Shown: positions 27,796 through 43,920 of the stretch, one piece after another
Numbering within the stretch: position 1 is the stretch's first letter
How the letters are laid out: each line of letters begins with the position of its first letter
NCBI RefSeq assembly: GCF_000181795.1
Contig: NW_003526948.1
Coordinates: forward strand, 2,286,921-2,350,920
DNA from: Trichinella spiralis
Lineage: Eukaryota
Length of the DNA stretch: 64,000 nt
Direction of reading: 5' to 3'
Position numbers and translations under genes: made by a program
Notes under the pieces: model-generated
What the model was told of the DNA's origin: nothing
Databases searched by the model: none
Seen by the model: only the letters and a program-made list of their open reading frames with translations

Positions 27796-30700
27796 TTAGA
27801 TTCGGTTCGAGCGCCTGCCTTTGACTGCAGTCCCCTCGTTCATCAGTAAGCCTCGGCCTTTGTTGTTTGCCTAAAAAATTTCAATTCTGTATAAATGTGT
27901 ATATCCCACTTTTGAAATCAATTACCTTGCTGTACGGCTTTGAGCGTTTATGCTCAAAAACACGCTCTGACTTTGGAATAGAATCCATATTTCTAGGTTT
28001 CTTCACTTTGTAAATGCGCACCAGCCAATGCTCACTAGTAAACGCCTCTTCCAAATGTTCAAGATTAAATTTCTTATTACCAATTACTGTATTACGTGCT
28101 CGATCAAAACCTGCTGGCACTCTGTAGTCTAGCTAAACAAAGAATCAAAGAAATTTAACAAAAATTTTAAAAATGAAACAAAATACTGATACAAAATACT
28201 GTAATGAAAAATAATTCAATTATAACAAAACAAAAAGAATCACTCAAACAGTTCCAAAATCTTAATTAAAAAAAATATCAATTTACCTGAAAATCGCCAA
28301 ATCGATAATAAGACAACTTGTACATCAAGCAATTAAGAAGCACAGAAGAGCCAGCATTATCTACTCGAAAATCACCTTCATCGTTAAAGTAATCATTTTC
28401 CTGTTTAAAAAATAAAAAATTAAAATTATAAAAATAACACATCAAATACATTTCATTACTCGTATATCTTTTGGATGTTCTCCTTCAGCAATGCGAACCA
28501 TCCACAGGAACTTATTGATGTCGTCACCGGAATAGCCAATCATGCCGCCAAAAATGACTAACACGTAGTCAACATCCAACGCAAGCATGATTTTATATGC
28601 CTCTCTTTCGGTGCTTGCCATTGCCTTGCCAACCTATTGAAACAGATATTCCCTATTACTTTTATACTTTAAAAATCATTCTCTAAATTACCAAAGCAAT
28701 GTGACTGTTGTTCCAAGTGTTGTTATCCACCAGAGTTGTACGGTTAGCCATGCCTGCAATTTGATAGCCGTAATCCCACCAAGACATAACCCTCGCTTGA
28801 TCCGGCGTATTTTTTCTCAGCCAAAAATATGCTTCTCGAAAATCATCCAAAATGGTACGACTTCTGACAAAAGGTAAGCTACATTACTACATATATGTTG
28901 AATAACCTGCTTACCCATCGTTATTGTAATAAGCAAGCACCACGCTTGGACTGCTATATGCGTTGCTAGTAATCCAGGTACAATGTACAACAAACATTGA
29001 CAACAGCAACAACATGGTCGCAATAATGATCGTTTTCAGTGTACCAAAATCATCATCTGGACAAGTAGACAATATCTGCTCTCGGGCTTCAGCGCATTCC
29101 AGTTGCAATGGTTTTCTCAATTTTCCAGCCTGCAACAAATATCATTAATAATTACTTCAATATGCAAAAGGCAACAAAAATCGATTACAATTGCTGATTT
29201 ACCTTATCATACATAGTTCTATCTTTTGAACGAGACTGATCTTGATGAGAAGCTTTACGACGCTGCAGACCATGCAACATCAACGTCCTTTCTGCAGCCT
29301 CATCGTAAAGGTATCTTTTGAATATTGAAGAAAATGTAATTCCGGCCAAAACACAAACCACGGGGGTTAAAGTTAGCATTAATCGAATCATCACGCCAGC
29401 AAAATAGACTGCAGTGATAGAATACAGTATTGCTAAAATTTTCGAAAAATATTTATAACATCGTTATATTATGGACATAAATATATTTAATACAACAGCA
29501 CAACGAGTTATTAATCTCCTATAAAAATAATCTGAGAAATTAAAAGTATAACAAATAACTATATGCTGCTTCCTATGAAGTGTACACATTGAAATACATA
29601 TGCGCATTACCAAAAATTCGCACGTCATTCAAATTCTTACAGCAGAACCATAATCCAGCAGGAAATGAGGCAACAAGTACGTGAAGATCAAAAAAGAATG
29701 CAACCCAATTGGTCGGCTGATGTTCTGAAACAGAACTAATAATCGGTATGTGAATTTTAGCATACTCAGTGTTCCAAAGTGAATAAAATCGACCACTCCA
29801 CGGTGCAATGACACCTAAAAATGAAAAATCAATATTATCAGAGCATAAATTTATATTCTTACCCAAATAAGTCAACAGTGCGATGATATTCAAGCCGACA
29901 AATACAAAAACCAGTGTTAAAATCAGCATCAAGTACCCAGCATGTTGTTTAGATAGCAAACTATACATAAAACATATAGATGCATAGGCATTCAGTAGAA
30001 TAAACACTCCTAAAAATAGCCCTGTTAAAAAAAGCAATACAAGAATTCTTTTCACGTAAAGCCCTCCTTTTCAGCACACTATTCAGAAGTACTTGCACAA
30101 AGAATACTGTTTAGGCTTTTGTAACTTCAAATTTTATAATAAAAACTAAAAAAACTATACTTCAGAGCACTTCACATTAAAGTGTATTTCACTTATTTTT
30201 TTTATAACTTCATGTTTCAAACATTACTAATAAAAATATTTAAGACGCAGTTTAATGCACCTTAACATTTTTTCGGTAAATAACAAACATATGAAACAAC
30301 TGAAATATAGTATTATAAATAATAATTAATAAATAACACGGAAAAGGAACATAAAAGTTAAAATTAATTACACAGACAAGCCAACCAAATACAATTTTCT
30401 AAAATACCAGATTAACATTACAGTATCATTACATATTTACGAACCAAAACATTGAATGTATCAAAACTTACATGATAAAAATAAAGATCATACAGTATAA
30501 AAAATTTTTCGCAGACATGTAAATTTTAAACATCAAGATCAAACATGTATTGCAATTAAAGAATTCACTCAACTATATTCAAAATGAAAAGTAAACATTC
30601 CCAAAACTTTAAACCGTTCTGCTAAAATCAAATCAACCCTAAATCCACAATTTACTAATAATGACTACAGAGTGAATCAGAGTGCTTACTGCTAACTTTA

Positions 30701-31873
30701 ACTGCACTAAACGAAACGAACAAAAAGCTAACATATGACTTTAAGCTGAACTGAAATAATACTGAACAGAAAATATGAAACGTTTACCCATTGCTGCCAT
30801 GTGTTCACTTGTTCGCACAGGTTGAAAACCAACAAATGGAGTCTGCATAGAAAGTATCAATCCCATAATAAAAAATACATTGTACGCTAAAAAGTATAAA
30901 TGTCAGAGCAGAAAATTCAAAGAGATGAAAACAAGCCATTACCTATGAACATTCGACTGTTGAATCTTCCCATCAGCAGCAAAACGAAGATATGTAAAGG
31001 GATTAAGTTGATTATAAAAACGTATCCTCCCCAAGCCGATACCTGTAGATAATTTTTTCTCAACAATAACAATAAATAAATAATAATTTTAAACGTATAC
31101 CATGTAGGAGTACGAAAGTGCAGTCATAACAGACCAAAATATGCTGCCAGTTTTCACAGATCTTATCCATAGAAAATAAGTAAACTGCAAAGCAAAAATA
31201 GCTATCCCTTCATTATCATACGAGCCAGCCACTGAGCGACTTATGTATCCAGGAACTGAAGGTTTTAAAAATTAACATAAAGAAAGAACATTTTAACGCG
31301 TTTAACCAGACCGATCGATATGAAAGCAGCTGCAAACAGCCCAGCACCATGAGACCATAATTCTTTCGTGAGTAAAAATGTAGCTATCGCTGTCAAACCA
31401 CTAAAAAAAAGCTGCTGTAAAATAATTATTACGCTCCATTAATTTCAAACCTAAAGAATGGAGCCAAAAACACGCAAATTTCGCGAATATGAACCGGTAT
31501 ATTCAAACTGTGCAGCATGTAATGAATGGAGCCAGAGGTTAGCATCAATCCTGGAAAAACCGTTCCACCCACGATTCGGCCAAGTGGATACCAGGCTCGC
31601 TCATCAAACCAATTTAGAAATTTATAGAACCCATTATCCACCATATACCTTGTGGCACGGTAGTTAAACCTATTAAAAGCTGTTTAATAAAATAAAAATT
31701 TATAATATTTATTACCAAGGATCAAATTCATGAATAATGCTTTCAAATCGGATCACCGAAAACAGACGTAAAGAAAAGCCAACCAGGCAGACTAAAAGCA
31801 AAACCGTTGCTGTAAGCAAATACTCCCATCCGCTGGAATTCGTTGGTGGAGCTTTAGAACGACCAGATTTCAT
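27796..31873 (-). CDS. STT3B: Oligosaccharyltransferase catalytic subunit STT3 (STT3B-like), multi-exon
   Basis: [84 protein letters not shown]. Confidence 0.95.
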
Positions 31874-33925
31874 CGCTAAAATATCAAACAATCAGCCAAA
31901 TAATCAACTGTAATAAAAAAATAATTCATTCATCACAAAAATGATATAAAGTTAAATAACAGAACAACTTTTATTAAACTTATTTCTACAACTTTTCGTG
32001 TTTACTTGCAAATTGCTAGAGTAAATATTTCACTTCAAAGGGCATAAAATTTCTTTACAATTCAAAAGATAGCAACTGCAAAAAATACAGTCTTAATCAT
32101 TTTATCTAAAATAATGTACATTATGTTTATTTACAGTACAACCAAAGCATATTAAAACTTTATACATTTCTGTTGCACAAACAAGAAATAAAAATTTCAC
32201 AAACAAAATAAAATTATAAAAGGCTTCATTTTAAGGGAATAACGTACACAAAATGCAATTTATGGGATATCTTTCAAGATAACAGTAATGTACAAGTAGT
32301 AAACTTAACGCATTACTGAAAATAAAATCTCTTTAAGTATAGAAAAAGTAATATAACAACAATATATAAAATTCTAAATGTAATAAATAAAAAAATACAG
32401 CTTACTGAAATATCAGAAGCCCACAAATCTAACAGACAAATTACTGTAAATACTGATAATCAAGTAAAACAAAATATAGAAACACTAATTCTGTGTGAAA
32501 AATCAAATATTTAATTTTGAAATGTCATTAGCGAGCTTGAAAATTGCTCATATATTAACCTTTCACATTCATATTCTGCTGAACAACTCATTATAGTGTT
32601 TGTTATTTACCCGCCCTATTTTTGAAATAATGCAAACTTGGATTATGAGAAACACACATGAAGCGACAGCAGTGTTTGAACATGATAGCATGTTAAATGA
32701 ACGGTATGAACAACTTGCAGGTGGTATTGAAAATTTAGCTAACGGTAAATTCTTGATGTTAGCAGCAGATATGCAGCGAAATGAAATGTGGCGTACTAAC
32801 GTAGCTTTTACATAACTGGGGCATCTGAAATTCTGCAAAAGACGGATGCAACAGTCTATGAGAAATTACTCTCTGAAGAAGGCAGTATCTAGTGTACTAT
32901 GTACGATCTTTTATGAGTATAAACAAGCAGTTTATCGATTGTGGTTCCTATAATCTGACATTCAATTAGCTAAAAACAAATTTGCATTGGGATAACACTG
33001 GAAGATTGAGAATAATGGCAGTAGACTCGTTCTTTCAAAATTTACGAGACGTTTATCAATGATAACATTGGTCTGTTGATGCAGATAGTGACGTAGACAG
33101 CAGATAAAGTGGGTGTTCATAAAATTTTGCAGGCAATTAACTGAATTTAATTTAATTTAATTTACAGCTGTTTGGAAAATTTGTGAGAATGTGCAAAGTT
33201 CAGCCTAAGTTCAATGCATACTGTAAACGATTATTAATCAAAAAAATAACGAGTATAATGGAATGAATTCATTAATTAATAATCTAATTTTGTTTCTCGA
33301 CATTCAATATTTTAAATCACTTTAGTTTTTAGAATTTTAAGCATGATGTATATACTCGAATGAACACTTTACAGTATTTTTGTCAAATGTTCCCCACCAG
33401 CTTCCTGTTATTTATATTATTATGTGAATGTGTTTTAGTGGTATTGTTCTAGAATGCCTTTTATTCTTTATTTTTTTGAATGTCCTAAATCATTCCGTAG
33501 CGAATGCTGCTTAAATAAACCTTATTTTCATTTTTGTGGATCTGAATTCTTTGTCAGTTAATGTGAAATTTTATGTTTAAATCGATTTAATTTGTTCAAG
33601 TAAAGTATATTTCTTAATTTTCTTAAAATTAGTGACATTTGAAATTTATTTGTTTTTTGTTACTGCCAAGCAAACTTTTTCAATAATTTTGTCTTGGCAA
33701 ATGATATTTCTTGGGTCAGTATTCGTTATCCATTTTTTATAGTGATTTGTCAATTATGGTTTGTGCATTTATTGTGTCAGTTTTTTTTAATTTTTTTGAT
33801 TTTTAAAAGTTTTTCACATTTTTTCTTATTTTGTTTGTTTTTTCTCCTGAACATTTTTTACTATACTGACAGTTGAGACGCTGTTATCTACTTACTGTAT
33901 ATAAGGCGTTTAGTGTGTTTCTGCG

Positions 33926-35960
33926 ATGAGCATTGGAAGCGAAAATTTTACTGATGATGAAGATGAATTTGAAGTGGAATCCATAATTAGCTTGTCTCCA
34001 GGTGATTATGCAATTGTATTTTATTTGAAAAGAACTTTTATTTTATTATGGGTTATTTAGTTAGGGGGAATGTCGAAGAAGAGCAGGACGATTCCATAAT
34101 GACTTTGCGAGCTCACAATGGTGAGTTTTTCTACGAGTATATTTTTTTATGAACACGAGAATTATTCGGTGCAGATGTTGATTATTTTTGATAATTATGA
34201 TTTTTTACTTGATTTTAGGCCCAGTTTACGCAGTAGATATTCATCATTTTCTGGTCGCTTCCGGCGGCGGTGATGATGTAGCGTTTGTGTATGATATTAG
34301 AGATGGCGACACTCTTATCCAGTGTTTTGGTAATTTGAATTTTTTTTAAAAAGTTTAAACAATTTTTTGTCATTATCTTTTACAACTTGAACTGCTTTTA
34401 CAATTCGATTGATTATATTTTTCAGGACACCAGGATTCGGTGTTTGCAGTCAAATTTAATCGTGACGCTACATTGGTTGCTACTGGCGATTTGATGGGTC
34501 GCATACAAATTTGGGATATGATCACTTTGAGTCTGGAATGTTCTTATGAAACTCACGACGATCTTCAGGTAGTTATTTGTTCTTGTATAATGATTTGATG
34601 GATTTGAAGTCGAATTATAGTGGATGCTGTGGCATCACAGTATAAACATAATTATTCGAGGCGGAAACAGTGGCAACATATACATGAATCAAATTCACTC
34701 GCAGAACATGAAAATATTAGTTGGACATGGAGTATCTTGTACTGCTGGCAAAGTTATCGATGACAGTAAGAATAAGATGATAGATACTGTTAAATTATTT
34801 TTTGAAATTGTTCATCTATTAGACTTTTTGGTGTTCTATTATTATATTTTTCGCTTGCATTTCAGTGTCTTCTCTTATATGAACAACGCATCTTTTAGCT
34901 GAATGTAGGTCAATTTTGCAACAATGAAATTATTTTTTAAGGAATCCATTTAATTGCTGGTTACTCGGATGGTATTGCGAAAGTCTGGAATTTGAGAGAT
35001 GAAAGTTATAAAAGAGTCCAAGGTAGAAGAGGAATTTTTTTGTCAATTGATTTTTTTCTAATGTTTTTTTTGAAAACGATTCCATCGAATCCATTTTAAT
35101 ATATAGCTGGAACAAGTGCCATTTCGTGCATTGATTATCGTGAAAATGTTGCATTGGTTGGTTCAACTTTTGGCGATGTAGTGCTGTTCAATCATCAAAC
35201 AGCCGAAGTATTTATTTCCTTGTTTTTAGCATTTAATTAAAATGATTTTTTGTCTATTATCCGTATAGAGCTCAACGATTTTAATGATCAGTTTTTTTCC
35301 AATTTATATACATGTTGCTGTTAATTTATTATATAATAATGGAGCACTGAAGTATATGTAAAAATCAAGTGTTTCTCATTGCGGGGCAAATAATTAATTG
35401 TCGTTGGGATTTTTTGTTTTCAGGTATACCATATTATGCAACTTGCTCATTCGATTGCTACCGAAGGTATGGGACCAGCATCTGTAGAAACCGTTGGATT
35501 TGCTCCTTCAATTCCAGTTTATTTTGCTGGTGGTTTCAACGAAATGCTTCATCTTTATGACGCTGCCACTAATGAAATTCGTCACACTTTGAATCATCCG
35601 GTGAGTTTTCATTATAAGCGAAAAATTCACGAAACAATAATTTTCTTTAATTATTAATTTTTGTTTGTTAATTATTTTCAGGGATGTGTGATGAAAGCGG
35701 TGTGGGTTGGAAATACTGTGATCAGTTCTTGTTCGGACGGTGTGTTGCGAATGTGGGATGGCTTGTCGGGACGCGAAATACGCTCTTTTCACGGTCATCT
35801 GCATGAAATTTACGATTTTGCAGTCAACGAGTACTTTTTGTTTTCGCCTTGATTATTTATTTATTTTTAAATTGTTTATTTAATTGTGTCTTTTAGGACC
35901 GAGCAACTGATTCTATCTTGCGATTCATCAGGCATTTGTAAGGTATTTCGTTTGCGTTGA
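33926..35960 (+). CDS. AAMP: WD40-repeat protein, AAMP/Sqt1-like (uL16 chaperone), multi-exon
   Basis: Acidic N-terminus, VASGGGDDVAFVY, GHQDSVFAVKFNRDATLVATGDLMG, WMLWH, SVETVGF, DGVLRMWDGLSG..FHGH..EIYDF. Confidence 0.82.
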
Positions 35961-38044
35961 GAAAAATGCAATGAATTGTGGGAAATTTGGGATATCATTG
36001 TGGTTTTGGGTTTTGATTATACTTTGGTTTGGGCAATCATGAGGTTTCGGTGATTTTTTCAAGCTGAGTATATTCAATAAAATTTTTCAAGGTATCTGTT
36101 TGAAGTTTATTTGTTGAGAACGGAACGATTGCAAATGATAAACTTGTGAAAATTTTCAATAAATAATAAATTTAATAAAATATAAATAATGTCGTTTTTT
36201 AATAAAGACTTTAAAATAAAATATAACGTTAAAGTGCTTTTCTAACGTGTTTTATTTTGTTTCGGTGTTGTACTTTTATTATGAAAAGAACGTTTGTTTA
36301 AACTGACGAAGAAAAGTGATAACGAAAGTTGATAAAACAACAACAATTCACTTTTCATTTTCGCTGGTATTTGGCAACATTTATTGATTTTTCGATTTAT
36401 ACATAATTAAGAGAAAAAGTGAATTAAATGAAATGCAGAAAAGTTTAATTTTTAAAAAAAAACTTTAAAACTTGATTTGAACGTCTAAATTCAACTCAAA
36501 TGAAAAAAACGCAGTAGTATGATAAAACAGTGTAATGTACTGTAAAAATAATTTAAAAATTTTTTTGTTTTTTTTAGTTTTAGTAATATCATACGATGAA
36601 AATTACATTTATTTATGAGCATTAAATTGCATAAAGTTCAGAAATTAAATTGCGACATTAATTATTAAATATACAATGCCATTTCTTCAAAAACAATTGT
36701 TTTCTATTGGTTATTTTACGTTTTTGATGAGCTCTGATGAATTTTGCGTATGAATTATGCATGAAAGTTCTGATCACTTGATCACTGTACGAATGAAAGT
36801 ATCATTTCGCGTAGAATATTAAGATGATAAGACAGTTAAATTGATATTAAAAAAATGATGTTCATTATAATATTTCAAACAAGTAATACATGTATAAAGC
36901 TTCCATTTTATTTTCTAAAAAGAGTTACGACAATTAAGTATCACTTTGATTAGAAAATTGAAAACTGTTTTGAGATTTAATCATTGCTGATAATTCACAC
37001 TGAATGATAAAACTTAAAAAGTGCAAAGATAATTGATAACAATAATAATAGAAAGAAGGTATCAATTACAAAAGTTGGATTTTTTCATTTAAATTTGTTA
37101 TGAATATGCACACATTTTTACGCGTTCATACAATAGTATTACTCCATAATTCTAGTTATTCTTGAATGCAATTGTTATTCTATTATGATAAAATTAAATT
37201 TATTCATTACAGTGTAACATTTTTACAGTAATCACTGTTAAAGATCAAACCGAAAAAATTCATTTTTTGTTTAAAAAACATTTAAAATAGCGTTTTTATT
37301 TGAAAAAAAATTGTCCAAAAGTGCTGCCAAAATAACCGATACTAAAGTATAATTTTTTGACTCACATATCAAAGATGTAGCTATACTTTTTTTGTCTTAG
37401 TTTAATTAAACTGTCGTATAGCAACAATTATTGAAATTATACGTTAAATCATATTTTTAGTGCACACATTAAATTATTAAATCTGTAATAGAAGTTTAAT
37501 AATACTTACATATTTACAGTACCCTAAATAGGTATACTGTACAAGTTCTTTCATTCTTTTTCACTATTTTCACGTGGTGTGCACTATTATTGTGTTGTTT
37601 ACTTTTTAATATTGAAAAGTCTGAGGTTATTATTTAGTTTTATTAATATACATATGGACGTTATGTATTGGTTTACTAAGTTTTTTTTGCTGGGAGGTTG
37701 CGATTGCTATTGTTCAGTTGCATCAGTCTGACCACATGGCTCATTTTTTTTATTTTTATCGTCTGCATCGGTGAAACATGGTCTGCAGTGAAACGTTGTC
37801 CTCTTTTGTTTTTGTTTTAGAAACTGCTTGGTCGTTTCAGTGAATGATTTTATTAGTATGATTAAAACTATAAAAGTTGCGTGAAATTCTCGTCGTAAAT
37901 AGGTTTTATATCCATTTTGTCCGTTTTAACGTACGCTTTGAATAGTTATATTTCATTATAGGTATTTATTTGTTTATCATTGAAATTTGTATTGGTATGA
38001 TTTTGTTTCTGATCTTGTATCTTACAATATTGATTTTTAGTGAT

Positions 38045-38929
38045 ATGTCAAGTCGAACTGGAAATCGCCCGAACGGAATGAATGCAAATAAAACTTGTCA
38101 GTTTAAGTTGGTCTTGCTTGGCGAATCGGCTGTTGGAAAGTCATCCTTAGTTTTACGTTTTGCTAAAGGCCAATTTCATGAATTTCAGGAATCTACCATC
38201 GGAGGTGAGTAATTTTTTTCAATATTTCGATCAAATAAACATTTCAAATGATTCATCGTTTAGCGGCATTTCTAACGCAGACCGTTTGCATGGATGACAT
38301 GACGGTGAAATTTGAAATTTGGGACACGGCTGGCCAAGAGCGCTATCAAAGTCTAGCACCGATGTATTATCGCGCAGCACGGGCGGCTATTGTTGTTTAC
38401 GATATTACGAATCAAGTACGTAGGCTTGTGAAAAATAATAATTAAAAAATTTTCAATAGGAAACATTTTGCAGAAATCTTTTACGAAAGCAAAGAACTGG
38501 GTGAATGAGTTGCAGCGCCAAGCTTTGCCGAATATTGTGATTGCGTTGGCTGGAAATAAAGCCGATTTGGCCAGTTCCAGAAAAGTTGAATTTAACGTAA
38601 TGGAAATGCCTTTTTTTCAATTGTTTATTGCAAATTTAATCTTGTTCTTTTATTAGGAGGCGCAGGCATACGCAGAAGAGAATGGCTTGCTTTTTATGGA
38701 AACTTCTGCGAAAACAGCAATGAACGTGAACGACATTTTTTGGGCAATCGGTTAGTGCGGTTTTGTTTTTTGATTTAAATGTAAAATTAATATTCGCTGC
38801 TTTATAGCTAAAGAATTGCCAAAAACGGAAGCTGCAAGTGGAGGTTTATCTGGTGCCGGGAAGCAAGTTGTTGACTTGAGCAAAAGTGACCAGCGAGGCG
38901 GTACGGCCATGGGTTCGTGTTGCAAATGA
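38045..38929 (+). CDS. RAB5: Rab5 small GTPase, 5 coding exons
   Basis: [62 protein letters not shown]-terminal CCK prenylation motif. Confidence 0.95.
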
Positions 38930-40576
38930 AGCTTTGGGATGTTGGTTGTGCATAAAGGAAATCACTGTGTAAAATGATTCATGGGCTAACGTCAAAACAT
39001 ACTTTAACATGCGGCTGTGAAATATATAATTTCTACTTGTCCATTTGAATTTTTACTTTGATTCTATTTGGCTAACAGTTAAAAAAGTATTTTTATTTTT
39101 CACGAACTTTTTTTACATCTAGCTGATATTTTAATTTTTTTCTTAATTCTTACGGTCGCCACAAATGTGTACGTTTGAAGAAGTAATCTTATATTCGTTT
39201 TCTGTTTCTCTTTACTTATACAACAACATCTTGCATTGGTTGAATTTGCTTTATTCGAGTGATATGTACTCGTAAATCTGGTTTTTAGCGAATGGCATCG
39301 GGTGAGCTATTATGATTTAAACATCTTTCATTTATTAGTTCACGAGATTACTGAAAAGTAAATTAATTTACACATAATCGTGTGTTGATTGAAATTGATG
39401 TTTTAAAACTATTTTTAAGAAACTAGCAAAACAAATGATTGACACCATGATTTAATGATAATTTATATGACGAGTTTTACACCCAGTAATGATGAATCCC
39501 AAATTTGGAAAAATTTTTAAACTTTTAAAATAATACATTGAAAAAGACTTTTACACTATATTATTCATGCCGTAAAATGAGTCATCCAATTAGTCATACA
39601 ACTTGACGAATTGTGTAATTTTACAGTATGTCATGATTCTGAAATTCTCATTTATGCTAATAAATACAATACAATACAATACAATAATTTATTTGGTTTA
39701 TAATTTAGGAACTTTATTGTAAAGTCAGCAATAAATGAAGAGTTGTTTCTTTTTATAATATATGGCGGATTATGATTTGATGAAAGGCAACTTTAATATT
39801 AATTACGCAGTTGTGATATAAAAGCTTCGAAATGTAAATTGAAAATTGTCGTGAAAATGTAAATTATGGTAAAAGTTACTTATTTCTGTATTATATTAAA
39901 AATGGCCCGGAGCTCAAATTCGATCGTAATACTGCTGGCATACGCGAAACCAATTGTGAACGTAAACCAGTATTTCTGATAAAATCTTGAATTATTTTTT
40001 ATTCTCCATTGAACATATAAAATTTACCTTCTTAATTGCAAAAATACGATATTAGTTTATAAAAGTTATTGTTTTATAACCATTTGCCTTTGTCATTATT
40101 TTCAGTAACCTTTCTCGCTATATAGAGTTTTCACATAAAAATGAGACGTCGACATTTATTACTTCTAAGCATATTAATTGATTTTTTCACTTCAAGCAGT
40201 CATGTAAATTGGCATGTGCTTCGAGGAGTAATTCGTCTCTGTAAAGCAGATGATAAATTTAACCAAAAAATTGATGAAAACAACTGCTTCTTAAAATAAA
40301 AAAAATTATAATATTCAACGGAATTTTTTTTATCATTGTAAGTTTATAAGGAAAGCTGACTCTCGTTCAGATGCACAGCTAAAATTTCAAATTAAATAAC
40401 CAGAAATATAAAAAAATAAATAAATAAACTCTAAAGTTTATAAAAATTTTATAATAACGTTTACAGCATAAGTTATCGTTTATTTCCTAAAATCGACTAT
40501 CCTACTCATTCTATTTATACTGTATATCGTACTGTAATTGCTGGTTCTAATCTGTTGTGATAATTTTGGGAAGAAG

Positions 40577-42859
<2,283 letters not shown>

Positions 42860-43920
42860 ATTATTACAGTGGTGTTTGGTTTTACAGCAGGAAATTTCAT
42901 TAAATATTGCAAATGATTTTTTATAAGTTGTTTTGTTTAGATAATTTTGCATGTTTTCTTTCCAACAGGCTTCAATCAGTTTCTGTTTGGTTGGAATACA
43001 TTTCACATTACATTCTCATTCATTTCACGAACAATTTGTAGTTAACATGCTGCACTTTACAAAACTTTAATTGCAAATAAAAATTTCTTTTTAACCAGAA
43101 TAAATTATTTTCATCAAAAATTGATGAAAGTGAATGAAAAGCATTAACCGTCGGTCACAAGCGTGACATTGCTGAGCTCATTTCACAAGTACTATCATCG
43201 GCAAAAATTTCAAGAATCTTTTCTTTTCTCAAAACATTTGCAATGAATTATTGAAATTGAGTACTGTTCTAAACGTTGAAATAAATTGGAACTTTCAATT
43301 TTTCACCTGTACTGTCACTTTGGTGAAAAATAATTCCCAATTTGAGCATTATTCCATCACTAATTGAATACTTGTATTGATATAAAGTCAAATTGACACG
43401 TTTCGACTGATTGAATTGCTTTCTAATTGAATTTTATTTCAATTTGTAAAACTGGCAAACTTGATTTTCACGTTACAGTAATCTGCTTGAAAAATTCAAT
43501 TTTTGTCAAATGGCAAATATTTGATCTGATTGCAATATTTTCAGTTGAACAAGAACATTTTGAGAACATCTAGTTGAGTATTGGTAGTTTTCGAGTTTCG
43601 TTTTACAAAGTTCACCTTCTATAATTTGACAGAATAGAAAAACTACTGCTTGTGTGGGTAATTTTCTTCGTTAATAATTGTTATTCGCATTTGGTGAACG
43701 CTGATAAGATTCGGTTATTGGAATTGTCGGTTTGCAAGTTGGAAACAGTCGACCGATCAGTTGAATGAGCAGTCAATTTATGATGGAACGTTGGTGTCGG
43801 TTTGGAATTGGAAAGTTGAAAAATTTTTTAACAAAAAATATCAGAATTTAAAACTTTCCTACTGTAGAATTGGTCTAGTTTGCGAATTTTGGGTGGGAAA
43901 AGTTGCGTCAGTCGAGTGAA

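Noticed and set aside
36722..36775. C/D snoRNA-like TGATGA...CTGA motifs
   Set aside because: Span of about 50 nt is too short, with no terminal stem or recognisable rRNA guide.
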